Below are positions 49,130-62,213 of a stretch of 64,000 bases of DNA, in pieces. This DNA is from Protoeuglena noctilucae (taxonomy: Eukaryota), in NCBI GenBank assembly GCA_958009085.1, contig OY253681.1, forward strand, positions 62,001-126,000, in the 5' to 3' direction. Within the stretch, counting starts at the first letter, position 1; every line of letters starts with the position of its first letter. The translations under genes and the position numbers were made by a program. The notes beneath the pieces are model-generated. The model was not told where the DNA came from, did not search any database, and was given only the letters and a program-made list of their open reading frames with translations.

Positions 49130-52020
49130 CTACTCCTGGGCCCCGCCCGCCGCCGCCGCCTTCTCCTTCCACTTGAGCGTCTCGTAGATGAGCGTGCGGT
49201 AGAGCTTGAGCAGAAAGGTCTTGGTGTCTGCGCGAGCGGCCGTGAGCGACTCGCAACTGCAAAATGGCCTCTCTGCGCCTCTCCGCCGCGCCTCCCCCCG
49301 ATGAACTCACCGCTGTCCAGGACGTCCTTCATGAAGTCGTGCATCTCCGCCGGCCCCGCGTGCTCCCCGACCTTGCCCATGATGAACTCGGCCAGGCTCG
49401 GCTCGTCGGCCCCCAGGTACTCGCGGATCTTCTTCGACACCCACGACAGCAGCTGCTGGCGGACGCGGGAGTCGCCGGACATGCCGTCGTACGCGGCCCA
49501 GTCCACGTCGTACGCCAGCAGGCCCTGCCACGTGGACGGGATGCGCGACGCCAGCTCCCGCAGCGCCTCCTTGCCGGCAGGGGCGGGTGTGGGGGCAGGT
49601 GCGGGGGCGGAAGGGACGGAGGCGGGCGCCGGGAGGGGCGCGGACAGCTTGGGCCTGCTGTCCTCCTCCTCCCCAAACACCCCCTGCAGGCCTCCCCCGG
49701 GGCGCTTGGCGGCAGCCGCCCCGCCCGCGCGCACGCCCCACTGGGGCTTGACGGGCTGCAGGCGCATCGGCGCAGCTGGCGCCGGCGCCGGCTTGGGCGG
49801 CTCCGGGTCCGCCCCGCCCGTCTCGGGCCTCGCCAGGGCCGCCTGCTGCATGGCGCGCAGGATGGGGTCGTCGGACGGGATGCTGACCGCCTTGGGAGGC
49901 TCGGGCGGGGGCGCCGACGCCTGCGCCGACTCGGCCGCATGCGCAGCCGCTGCCACCTCCTCTCTCCGCTCCTGCGCGGGCTCCTGCGCCGGCGGCCCTT
50001 GCGTCTGCGCCTGTGCTTGTGCCTGAGCCTCCCTCTCCCGCCTCTCCCGCGCCTCCTGCTCCTCTCTCCGCCTCCGCTCCTCCTCCTCCTCCCGCATCCG
50101 ACGCTGCATGAGGTCACAGACAGCGTCAGCCACCGCCACTTGCACCCACGCGCACCGTGCTCGACAAGCCATCTCTCACCTCGTCCTCCTCCTTCTCCCG
50201 CAACGCGTCCGCCTCGTCCTCGCACCGCTCTCGCTCCAACCGCCGCCGCCGCTCCGCCGCCCCCCGCCGCTCCGCCATGGGCGCGCGCCGCCACAGCTCC
50301 TCCCCGATGTCTGCATGGTTGAACATTCTCGATTGACGTTCAACCACAACGGTCGCCAGACCCACGCAGCTCTGCTGGCATGAGCCCTCCCCGCACGTGC
50401 CACTCACCGCTGTCCCCGTCGGCCTCGTCGGCCTTGACCTGCCGGTGCCAGTCCTCCTCCGCCTCCCTCTCCCGCTTCTGCGCCCGTTGCAGCTCCCGCA
50501 CCCGCTCCTGCTCCTCCTTCTCCCACGCGGCCAGGCGCCGGCGCCACTCCCGTGACTCCGCCTCCGCCTCGCGAGGAGAGGGGCCCGGCGACGCGTGGCG
50601 GGGGGGAGGCGGGAGGCCCCCGCGGCCCCGGTCCCGATCCCTGTCTCTGTCCCTGTCACGATTCCTGTCACGATCCCTATCCCTGTCTCTGTCCCGGCCC
50701 CAGCGGTCGGGCGAGCGGGACCGCGACCGCCCCCCCTGCCGCCCCCTCCCGTCGTCCCCGCCGCCCCGCTCCAGGCTCGCCATGAACTGGTCCGCCATGC
50801 GGCTGTCCGTCCGCGTCCCCCGCGCCCGCAGCAGGTCCGCCACGCGCTGCCGCGCCTCCTCCGTCCTCGCCACCTCCTCCTCCTCCTCTGCAACAGCCGG
50901 GAGCACCGGCGAGTCAATGTGTGGTTCGACCTCAGCCGCGCACATGCACGCGTCACACCACCACAAGCACTCACCCGTGAGCCCCTCGCCAGCCGCCCCG
51001 TCCGCCCCCCGCATGTGCTGCGCCTTCATGTGCAGGTAGTACTCGACGAACTGGTCGGTGGCCGACGACGTGCGCAGCGCGATGCGCTCGCCGTCAATCT
51101 CCACCTCCCCCAGCACCGCCTTGGCCCTGCGCATGCCGAGAGGCCGATCGTGCAACAAAGCCCCCAGCAGCTGTGCGGCGACAGGCACCCCACCGCCTCA
51201 CCTCAGAAGCTCCTCGACGGACTGATACTCGGCGAAGCCGAAGTTTTTCATCTTCCGCGTCTCGGGGTCCGTCAGCCGCTTCCACGAGCGAGCGCGGCCG
51301 CAGGCGTGAATCAGAGACTGCGAATTGGAAAGTGCAGTGATTGTTTGCAACAGCAGCTGCTATCTGGTGCCATTCGGCCCTCAGCCAGTGCCACACCGGC
51401 CCCGTCTCGCACCTGGACAAAGTCGTCCGAAACCGACTCGGGGAGGGACCCCACGTAAAGCGTCGTAGAGGGCTTGGGCTTGTTGGCGTCCATCGGACGC
51501 ATCATCGGGACCCCGGGCGGCGTGCCGTAGCCGTGCATCCCCGGCGGGGGGCCTGCGGGGAGGGCGGGCGGCCGCACGCTGGCCCGGATGCGGGCGCGGG
51601 GGGGCCGCGCCGAGCGATGAAGCGGGCCAGTCGAACGGCGCCGATGTCAGGATGGCAAAGGCGCAGGGGATCGAAAGCGGGACGCAGGCCGCGCGGAGCG
51701 GGGGGCGAGCGGAGACGCGCACTCGAGCCGGAGGAGCGCAGGCGCCCAGCAGCAAGGCGGGGGGAGGCAGCGCGGGCGCAGCGTTGTCAGACGACGCATC
51801 GTCGACCATCGGCCCTGCCCGGAGCCCGGATGCCCCCCTCCCCGGCCTGCATCATGCCCGCCCGCCTGCAGCGACGCCCCGCGAGTCTCGGGGGTGCGGC
51901 GGCGTCCCCCCGCGCGGCAAGGCCCTCACCGGGCGGCATACCGTACATCGCCGGCCTCGGAGGCATGCCTCCCGGCGCGTAGGGGGGCACTCCCCCCGGC
52001 GGACCGTAGGGAGGGTTCAT
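49130..52020 (-). CDS. RBM25: RBM25/Snu71-like splicing factor (RRM, RD/RE-rich region, PWI)
   Basis: Pro-rich N-terminus, TTLYVGSLP, SWKRLTDPETRKMKNFGFAEY, RD dipeptide run, PWI domain (IPSTWQGLLAYDVDW...WVSKKIREYLGADEPSL...FLLKLYRTLIYE). Confidence 0.9.
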
Positions 52021-52374
52021 GGCCGGCGCCCGAGAGCCCTCGCGCGACGCTCGGATCGAGTGTAGAGTGAAAAACCCAGCGAGCGGCGCCGCGCCCTCCG
52101 CGTCAGCCCCCTCCGCGGTGGATCCCAGCCCACGAGCGCGCGCGAGCGGGGCGGTGTGTCGTCGACTCGCTAAACAACTGTGCTACCTCGGGTGTCGAGC
52201 GGGGCCCTGGCGTCCGACGCGGGTGTTGCCCTCGTTCCCAGCGGTCAGACGCGCTCAGCTCTTCGCGCTCGCGCTTGGGACGTCGATCGTATTTCGGAGG
52301 TGTCCCCGTGGGTCCGGGGAACGCGTCGTATTCTTGTTCTGGGCTCGGCGAGGGACGGTCCGACCGGGCGCGGG

Positions 52375-55300
52375 ATGGCAAGCGGGTTGGCGCAGCGCGG
52401 CCCCCCCGCGCTGTCGCACTCGCCCCTGTGCAATTTATTAGCTTCGAGATGGCGTTCGGGCGACCGGAGCGCGGCTTCGGCGGGGCCCCGAGGGCGCCAC
52501 AGCCCGCCCAGGGCCACGGCCGAGCGCAACGTCGCGGCCCGGATCGGGGATCTGGGCGACGGCGCTAGCGCGTTCAAGGGATGCCGGTCCGGCTCGCCCT
52601 CCTGCAAGCCGTGGGCGTCCGCTGATCTCGTCCCGGAGGATGCCAAGATGCACACCGGCAGCCCGGCCTGGGTCCACTTCGTCGGTGCGTGGGCCCGCGG
52701 ACGGACCGCGCGGAGCGTGTCGGCGGCTCTTTTGCAACTCCGCCGTCCCGGTCGGGGCGCCGGAGCGCCACGCGCCTGCGCGCCGCGTCGCGGCACCCCC
52801 CCGCGCGCAGACACCTGTGGCAGCCCGACCTTGTCTCGCTCCCGCCGCGCCCCCCGCCGCTCCGGAGCTCTCATGGCATTTATTGCGACTGTTCCGCTTC
52901 CCTCGACGCCCGCCCCGCGTCACGCGTGCGGCCGTCCAGGAGATGCAGGCCCGCGTGGGGCCCTGGAGCAGGCTGCCCTCGCCCGGCGACCTGCGCCCCC
53001 GCGCGCCCCCGCAGGCATCGGCGGCGCGGGCCTCGCGCCCCTGGCGGTGCTCGCGAAGCGGCAGGGCTGGCACGTGACGGGCTCGGACGCCGCCGAGTGC
53101 TCCAGGGTGGAGGATCTCTTGGCCCAGGGAATCAAGGTCCATGTCGGCCACTCAAAGGACCACCTTTACAGGCGACTGCGCGCGCAGAGCCGCCTCGTTT
53201 CATGTCGTCGAAACAGCCGGGCGCCGTCCGGCCGCGGCGGACGGCCCGCGCGGCGGGATCTGTGGCGTCCCCCCAGGGCGGAAAGCATCTGGGCGCCGCC
53301 GCGTCCGCCGCCCCCGCCCCGCCCTGGACGCCGCGCGGGCTGCGTCCGCGGTCAGAGGGGTCCGTTTACCCGTGCCGGAGCGCCCTCCGGCCTTGCCCCG
53401 GCCCCGAGGCGCGCCGCTTTCCCCCCCGCAGGCAAACCGGGGGTCCGACGACGCGCCCGGCCTGCCTGGTCGTCTCCTCGGCGATCGGCAGCAACAACCC
53501 GGAGGTTCAGGAGGCCTTCCGTCTGGGCATCCCCGTCGTGGACCGCCGGCAGTGGATGCCGGCCGCCACGGAGGGAGCGGACGTCGTGGCTGTTGCAGGG
53601 ACGCACGGCAAGAGCACGACGTCCGCGATGCTCGGCTGGGCGCTGGCCGGAGCTGGACGGGGCCCGTATGTCTCCCTCGTCGGGGCCCAGGTCCCGCAGT
53701 TCTCCCTCCCGGCCCTCGGGCTGCACGTGGAGCCCGGCCCGGAGGGACGCGGCGCGGATCTCGCCCCCGGGTTCGCCGCGGATGCGCGGACGGCGGGTGA
53801 TTTGGCTTCTCCCGCTGCCGGCGCCGTCGCTGCGGGCGAGGAAATCCCCGACGAGGGCCTGCGGGCACGCATGGTTGTTGAGGTGCGTGCGCTTTTCGCC
53901 TTTCCCGACGCCCGGCGCGCCGATCTCTCTTGCGGGTGTCGGAAGTTGTCTTTCGACTCTCAATCGTGCTAGCTGCGCCGCGGCGGGAGGAATCGCCCGC
54001 TCCCGCGCCGCACGGCAGGTGCACGCGTTTGTGCGGCTTTCTTAGGCCCCAGCCTCGGCCGGCCCCGCTCACGGCCCAGCCTCGCTTTGTCCGCAGGCGG
54101 ACGAGTACGGCTTGATGTTCCTGGGGCTGCGGCCGCTGGTGGCTGTCGTGACGGAGCTCGACTGGGACCACCCGGACCAGTTCGGTGAGGATGCTTCGCT
54201 GGCTTGTTTAGGCATTTTTTGCCTAGCCATAAGCATCGCCTTGCTCACCCTATCTCGCCACGTAACGCCCCCAGATTCGGAGGAGGACGTGGTGGAGGCC
54301 TTTGGGGCGTTTGCCAAGACGGTGCGCCCGGGCGGGCTGCTGCTGCTCAACGGGGACAGCCGGGGCTGCCAGCGGCTGCGGGAGGCGCTCGCGGCGCACC
54401 CGGGGGGCCGCTTCCGGGCCATGGGCAACGAGGGCGGCAGCCCCGGCAGCCCAGGGTGCGAGGCGGAGGGGCCGCTGTCGTTGCCGGCGGAGGACACGGT
54501 GGTGGTGGCAACGTTCGGGCGCGGGGCCGGGTGCGACTTCCGCCTGCGGACGGGCGGCGCGCCGGCGGGATCGGACGTGGCGCGGCCGCTGGGCCCGGCC
54601 ACGGGGCTGCCGCTGGACGCCGCGTGGGTCGAGTTCGGGGACGCGGGGGCGGTGCCCCTGGGCCCCGTGCGCATGCCGGGCGCGCACAACGCCATGAACG
54701 CCTGCGCGGCGCTGGTCGCGGGTTGCGCGCTCAACGCCCTGACGGCCGGGGGCCCTTCCGGCCGCGACCCCCGCGCCATGCTGTCCTCTGCGGGGGTCGT
54801 GGCGGGGCGGGTGGGGACCTTCGAGGGCCTCGCGCGCCGCACGGAGCTGCTGGGGCAGATCCAGCTGGTGAGTTTGAGGGTGCTAGTGGTAGTGGAGGGC
54901 CAGGCTTACAAGGGCGCGCATGCGGTGTGCTGGCATCAGAGGTGTGTGCAGAGCCATGCAACCGTGTCACAGTCATGCACCCTGCTGCTTCGTCCCCGCA
55001 GGGCCCCAGCTTACGCGTGGAGGTGTACGACGACTATGCCCACCACCCCACGGAGATAAGGGCGTGCATCGCGGCGCTGAATGGAGCTGGGGGCCGCGGC
55101 CGGGTGGGGGGCTGGTGCGCGGACGGCCTGATGTCGCTGATGGGCTCGTCGGCATCGACGTCGGCGTCGGCATCGGGGGAGTGGAGTGATGGGGAGGGCG
55201 CGGCGTGGGGCGGGGGCGCGCCGTCGACGCTCGCCAACGGCCACGGGCCCATCAATGGCCACGCCTTCGTGAACGGCCACTCTGCCAACGGCCACGCCCA

Positions 55301-56477
55301 CACCAACGGTCACGCTTACACGAACGGCCACGCTGTCGCCAACGGTCATGCACCCGTCAACGGCCACTCCTACGGCCCTGGCGAGGTCCTTCCCCTCCGT
55401 CTCCCCGACGTCCTCGACGAGGGCGCCCCGGCGAGCGCCCCCTCGGCCCTGGGCGTCGCGGTGGGGGTGGGCCTGGCGCACGGGCGCGAGTTCCCGCCCG
55501 TGCAGGGGGAGGGGCGCAACGGTCACGGATTGCAGGACGAGACGTGGGCAGTGATCCAGCCCCACACCTTCTCGCGCGTCCAGGTGAGAGAGATGCAGGT
55601 TGCAGCCAGCCGTGCGTAGACGAAACAACGTCATAGTGTCACTTGTGACGCAGCGTGACGCTCTATCGCTGCTCCTGCCTCGCACGCAACGCCCTATGCC
55701 CTTCACTGCCTCTCACCCTCCCTCGTCATCCTCCATTCATGTAATTCCACCCCACCCCTCTATCCTGTGCCTCCAGGCCTTCCAGAGTGGGTTCGTGGAG
55801 TCAGTGAGGGGCGCGGCCCGTGCCCTGGTCATGGACGTGTACGGGGCGAGGGAGGAGGGCAACCCGGTCTCCACGTCTCAGGCGAGCACCGCGTGCTTGC
55901 GTGTTTTAGCATGGCTGAGCGTGATCGTGTGTGTCAGCATGGCTCTGCTGCCCTCAGCATAGGGGCGGCACACTGCGTGCTGCAGTGCCACCAGTCGCAG
56001 CCATGCCATGTGGTGCATCAACTCCATGCCTTGCTGCCACCTCTCCGCAGGCTCTTGTGGCCAACATGAACGACGACTGCCAGGTTCCCATGGCGAGGTA
56101 CACGGGGGACGTGTACAGCACGGTCCTGGACATCAAGCGGCAGCTCCTCTCGCTCGCCCAGATCAGCAGCAAGGTGAGCGGCCAGCAGATGCGGCGCGAC
56201 GGGACCAGGCCTGGCTCAGGAACACGGTGTGCGTGGTAGGCAGTTGTATCTTGAGAGTAACTGTAACACGCACCTGTAACTCACAATGACCCTCATGCGC
56301 TGCTGTGTTGCACTGCCCATGCAGGAGCGTGCCCCCATCACGGTGCGGGTGGTGTTCATGGGGGCGGGGGACGTCGTGCAGGCCTCTAGGGGTCTCCTCT
56401 CCGCCCTCCACGAGAGCAACTTTGAGCCCTTAGTCCCCCAGCACAGCCAGGACGGCACCGACATCCGATGGGCGTAA
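52375..56477 (+). CDS. murC: UDP-N-acetylmuramate--L-alanine ligase, nuclear-encoded with putative plastid transit peptide
   Basis: VHFV|GIGGAGL, VTGSD, VVSSAI, VAVAGTHGKSTT, E|ADE, DWDHPD, PGAHNAMNA, DDYAHHPTEI, QPHTFSR, MDVYGARE, MGAGDV. Spliceosomal introns; Ser/Arg/Ala-rich N-terminal extension. Confidence 0.92.
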
Positions 56478-57520
56478 TGCCCGTGCCCAGCCTATGACGG
56501 CACGCCTGGCCATGGGACTCAGAAACTCAGAGGCTTGCCTGGCTCTGGTCGGGCTTCCTGCAGGCCCCCCGGCGCTGTTTCTCGCTCGTTTGCTCTCGCA
56601 CCTGCTCCTGTGGCCCACCTGCCTGCCTTGTGTCGTGTGTTGTCCCTCCATGCGACCGTCCCCCTTGTGCCACCGCCCCTGCTTGCTCACCTCCCGCCCT
56701 GGCAGCCTCACAGAGGCTGGCCCTCCGCTCGCATCGGACTCGCCTCCCCGCCCGCACGGTTGCGAGCTGCGTGTCACGACTCGCGTCTCGCAACTGCTAA
56801 GGGCGCCGAGCCTCCTTTCCGCGCTTTTCCCTTTCTCGGTCAGCAGCAGCGCACCCAGGGATCATCGCTCGACCAGACCCGCCCTGCCCACCAAGCCGCC
56901 GACCCCACCCACCCCACCGCAGCTTTGCGCCTTTGCATACTGCGCAGCCGTGGCTGCGGAGGGCTCCCTCCTTTGGCACGGAGTGCGTGGGTCCGGGTGG
57001 GTGTCGGTCAACCCCTCTAGCTTTCACCCCTCTCAGCCGCACTCCCTTTGCTTGCATGCCACCCAGCGGCCCTACGCACTATTGCCCGCGCCCCCCGGAG
57101 CACGCGGGGGGCGTGAGGACTCCCTGCCACGTCCCCATTGTCACGTCCCCGCATTGCGGGAACGGTGCGTTCCAAAAGCTTGCCACGGCCATGCGCATGC
57201 CACGCTTGGCCTGCCCAGCCGACCCTATATCGTTGGATATCCTCCGTCCAGGGGCACCTTCCTGGCATGCCGCCTTCGCTTTTGAGGGTTAGGCATGCCG
57301 GCGCAACAGCCCAGACTACGTGTGTTGAAACGCTGTAGCTAACTTCCTGTATGGTTAGCATCCAAGCCAGCGTCACAGACACGAAGGGTCGTGCAACTGC
57401 ACCCGCATGTGCGCACGCAGCAGAGCCGCTGCTCTTTGCATGACGTGGGTATCGCTACACCTGCCCTGCTGCCACGAGGTCTGGCCGGCGCACGCATGCC
57501 ACCCCGCTCTTATCACCCCG

Positions 57521-58636
57521 TCATCGCCTCGAGCAGTTGTTGCACACGGGCCGCCCCATGCGCTCCATGAAGAGCCCCATAATCTTGCGCCCGCACGCCA
57601 CGCATCGGAAACATTTGGCGTGCCAGTGCAAATTCATGGCCTCGATTGTCTTGTACTCCTCCTTGTTGATCCCCTGCACGCCACAGGGCCTCACATGGTC
57701 CTGGCCACTTGGGTCCCATCCAAGCCGCACCCACTCCCACATGCACCCGCGCAATGCACCCGGCCCACGTGCCACACCCCGCGCTGCCCGTCACCTGGCC
57801 GCCCACGCAGGGGTCCCCGCACCCCGCGCACCGCGGTGCGCAGAACTGGGCGAAGCATCCGGGGCAGTAGGGTTTGTCCCCGTGAAGGTGGAAGCCCCCT
57901 GATTTCCCCGACAGGTCCTTGGAGCATTCCCGGCACCGGAAACAGCTCTTGTGGAACGCCCGGTCACCGCTCGTCGTCACGACCGGCTGCCCCTGCGACG
58001 TTGGAGCCGAGCGGCGGTGACGTTATAGGCTTCTGGGTGTGCTTTGCTTTAGGCGCTGCGATGGCTCTGCTGGCGACTCGCCTTCACCGTCTTGCCGCAC
58101 ACGAGGCACGGCGAGGAGTCCGCTGTTGACAGCGACGACATCCCTGCTATTCCCTTCTTGGCGGCCTTCTCGGCTCGCTTCTTTTTCTGCGACGGAGGAG
58201 AGGCATCGAGTAGCACGCGTGCAATGCGCGCTGCTGCACCCGCGCACGCAGAGCCTGAGAGCACAGCTCGAGCACCTTGCGTGTAAGTGCGCCACCCGAG
58301 ATCGAAGACGTCCCCGCATGCGCCTCCTTCCGCTCCGCGTCGCCGCCTGCCGCACCGCCCTGCGTGACGAAGGCCGAGGTGGAACCGCGCGGGCTTCAGA
58401 GCTTCGGGAGATAGCATGCCGGGCATCATGGCAATATTATACACCCTCGCGATGCCCGAGGCAGGGCGCGCTCGCACCCGAATGCGCCTGAAAAGCGTGA
58501 ACGCGACCAGGATGGCCGCAGCAATCCCGATGGCAACGATTCCGGGCACTCCTTGGGCCTCGGACGCAGCTTTTGCTCTCGTCTTTTTCCGGCTGGGGGC
58601 TCGCGCAGCCGCGGTGCCCCGGCCCTTCGCGCTCAT
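57521..58636 (-). CDS. LIM-domain protein with N-terminal transmembrane segment
   Basis: Hydrophobic GIVAIGIAAAILVAFTLF, then CLVC...FHKSCFRCREC...PYCPGC and CAGC...WHAKCFRCVAC...VCNNC (two LIM domains). Confidence 0.8.
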
Positions 58637-58980
58637 GGTCGGACGTGCGCTGCAGTCGACGGCAGGCCTGCTATCGGGCCCCGATGCACTCGCGCCCTCG
58701 CCGGCGATGCTTGCTTTAAGAAGTGAGATCTCTAGCGACCTGGTTTGGACTCTGCTGCTCGGCGATGGGCTTTTGGGGAGGGCGCGGAGACTGGCGCGTT
58801 GTGCACTGCGCAGCGCAGGAACGCCGAGGAAGATCGCCGACTTGCTAAACACCCTTCGGCGGCCTGCTCGGGTCGAGTATAGCATGGCCATTGACTCTGC
58901 GCTTGCTTCGGTTCGGCGATTTCACTGTGCTCGATTCAGAGGTCATTATCGGCAAGCACAGTGGGCTCGAGCAATCGGAG

Positions 58981-61697
58981 ATGGGGCTGCTCGCGAAGTG
59001 GCGCGAGCGGCGCTCACTGAGGAGGGGCGAGCGAGCGGATGCAGGCTACCTGCTCCCCGACGATGGGGCGGAGGGAGCGAGCCCATCGACCACCCGTGCC
59101 GCCGGTGCGTCCCCGCCGTCGATGCCTGACCCACTGGGTCGCGCAAGGCGTATCTAGATGTCGTATAGGCGACACGTGGCCTGCCACGAGCCTCGTGCGG
59201 TGCTGGGCTCCAGGAACTGAGCATGCGTTGCTTGAGGTTACTCGTTCTGGCTTATCCAGAGGCCGCAGGAGGATCCGTCCGGCCACGGGTGCAGTCTTCT
59301 GTCGTCGCAGATCACGCGGCTGGCGTTTTTGCGGATCGGTTCCCGGGGCACGCGGCCGCGTTCGCCGGCGATCGAAGGGCGCTTGGAAAGTGGCTGGACG
59401 CGACGCCCCGCGACGACTGGGCGCGGCACGATCCCCAGGGAATGACGGTGGCGCATTTAGCTGTGCTGCGGGGCCACCTGCCCTGTTTGGAGCTGCTGCT
59501 GTCGCGGGGCTTCCCAATTGACGCCGAAGACGCCCGCGGATGGGTCGTTCTGGAAGATGCGATCGCCAAGAGAGATAGGGCAGCGACGAGAGCTATTATG
59601 GAACGCAAGGTGAGGTTTGGGAAGCGAAACGGGACCGAGCGCAGTGGGCGGTGTGGAGACATAGCAAAATCGTCAATCGCGTGCACGTAACCCTTCGCAG
59701 GTCAACGACGCGCTCGCCAAGTTCGACCGTCTGCAGCGGGAGCTGGTGCAGCGCGTCCGTGAGATGCCCGACTTCACTCTGCAGCTGGACTGGCGACTCA
59801 CGTCCCCCGTCTTTGGCCTTCTGCTGAAGAAGCTCGCCCCCTCGGACACCTACACCATCTACAAGGTGCTGGGCGCTTAGATGACAGCAAGACAGCACGA
59901 TTGCTGCCCCCCTCACTGTGCCTCACCCTCGCTGCCATTCCCACTCACCCTCACCCTCACCCCCATCCCCACCCTCACTACCACCCTCACTGCCACCCTA
60001 ATTGCTACTCTCACTGCCACCCTCCCCCCCACCTTCATCCTTTCCACCCCAGCGCGGCGCTCGTCTCCGCATCGACGGCTCCCTCCGCGGCGCCGAGAGC
60101 AGCGGCGGCCTCATCCCCCGTTGGGTCCACGGTGCCTTCTCCCTCCTCGTCATTGGCGATGAGGCCGTGCCCCGGGTCGTGATCGTGGACCATGTCAGGC
60201 GTGCGGTGTTCCCATTGATGTCCAAGGTCAGCCGCAGGGAGGTGGACGTGGCGGGGCAGGTGGACGAGGCGATGGAGGCGGGGGCGGCGCAGGCGAGGGG
60301 TGGGATGGGGTGGGGTGGGGGTTGATGGATGGGGTTAGTAGGGAGGGATGGAATGGGTGGTGGATCGGGTTGATAGATCAGCAAGCGTTGCCAACTCTCC
60401 CTTGCTTTTATCTCCCATCTCTCCTGCCCCACCCTTCGACAGATGCGCTTTGAGGTGCGTGACAAGCGCCTGACCCCCGTGGGCAACTGGCTGGGTGGCA
60501 CGCGGCAGGAGGTCGTGAATGGGTACAACGCGGGGGTGTATGACATGAGTGGGCACTGCTACACGCGATTCAAACAGAAGGCGGAGTACCGGGCGCTCGC
60601 GTCGGGGAGGGCAGCGCGGATGACCTATGAGGTGAGGAGGGGGAGGAGCATGGAGGGGGTGGGGTACGGTGGGAGTGGTAAGGGTGCGGATGGAGTGGGG
60701 GGTTACTAGCAACAATAACACGAGCAGTCTCTGCACCCACCACCCCTGTACCCCACACACCCCACCGCCCCTGTACCCCCCACATCCCACCACCGCCCTC
60801 GCCCGTCACATTTCCAGGACTTCTGCCGATTGGACCTGCCCCCTGACCAAGAGGAGGAGATGCCCGTGTCATCGCTCTTCAGCATGGGAGACGTGGACCC
60901 CAGGAAACTCAAAAAGGCAGCAGCCGAGGCGGCGGCACAGCAGGTGGGGTGGGGGGTGGCTGCGTTGGGGGGTGGGGTGTCATGCGATGTGCGGAGGCTG
61001 GGGTAGCAGCGGGGTCGCTGGTGGGCACAGGGAGCTGGGTATATGATAAGGAGGTTTGCAAAGTATCGTGGCTGTTACCATCATCTAGCTTCACCTCTAT
61101 ATTCATCCCACCATGACGCCCCTCCCTTTCACTCACACTATCCACACAAGCCCCTCTCCCCCGTTCCCATTCCCACCAGACCTCCCTCCCTCGCCTCTCC
61201 AGGGCGCCGCAGCGGAAGAGGACGTGGCGCGGCTGAGGGAGGAGGTGGCCAGGGAACAGAGCGCGGCGGGGCGGGCAGCGAGGCGCTCCCGGCCCCTCAA
61301 AGCCCGCTGCTGGATGACGTCCGTTTTTCCCCTCAAGCCCACGCACCTCCGCCCCATCCTCGACATCCTTTCCGTCGCAAGCAACCCTGCCCTGCGCCGC
61401 GCGGCAGACCTCGTGGAGGCGTTTGGGGGCCGGCAGTTCCCAGTCAAGGCCCAAGTGCCGTTGGCGCTGTCCGTGTCGCTGGAGCTGTCCTTCGGGGCAT
61501 TCGCCTTCCTCAACGCACGCGGCGCGGGCTTACCCGACATGGGCCGGCCCGCGGGGTACCGGGAGGCTACGATGGACGAGGCGCGTGCTCTGGCACTCGA
61601 GCGTCAGAAACGCAGGGAGGACCTGCTGGCGGGGAGGGGGGCGCCGAGGGCGCCGTCAGACTACGGGAGCGTCAGCAGCGCGGACTCTGACGGGTAG
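58981..61697 (+). CDS. ANKRD13-like protein (ankyrin repeats + GPCR-chaperone-type domain)
   Basis: GMTVAHLAV, GWVVLEDAI, MPDFTLQLDWRLTS...APSDTYTIYK|RGARLRIDGSL, KARCWMTSVFPL, PILDILS, FPVKAQVPL. Confidence 0.85.
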
Positions 61698-62213
61698 CGT
61701 GGCAGCGTGGCGAGGAGAGCATCATCGGACGTTGGGGTGACGGTGCGGTAAGCTGGGCCGTAAGTTGAGACCATGAGGAGTGGGCGGGGTTGCGGGATGG
61801 TGGCACACGCCGCTTTTGCGGAAGGGCGGCAGTGGCAGGGCATGGTCTGAGGGGTAGCATGGTGTCTGCGGCATCTCTGCTGTCAGGCGCCGGATGCTGT
61901 CGGGAAGACTGGCAGAACCGCACTTGTTGAATGGCGGGGCTTTGAATGCGCTGCCGCGGTTGTGGGGCGTTTCAAGTCATGGGACGCTGCCGTTCAAACG
62001 TGCCGTGTTTTTGCACTGGGCGTCGCGGAGCACGATAGCACGATCCTGGCCCGACCGGGCCTTGAGACAATATTAGCTGACCTAGGCGTCACGAGTCAAT
62101 GCCTACCGACTGGCGCAAGCGTGGAGTTACCATCATGTCAGTGCCCTTACGTTCGCGAGGGCAGTAGATGCTGCGGTGCAAGGGGTCACGCGCCGGATAC
62201 TCGGCTGAGAGAA

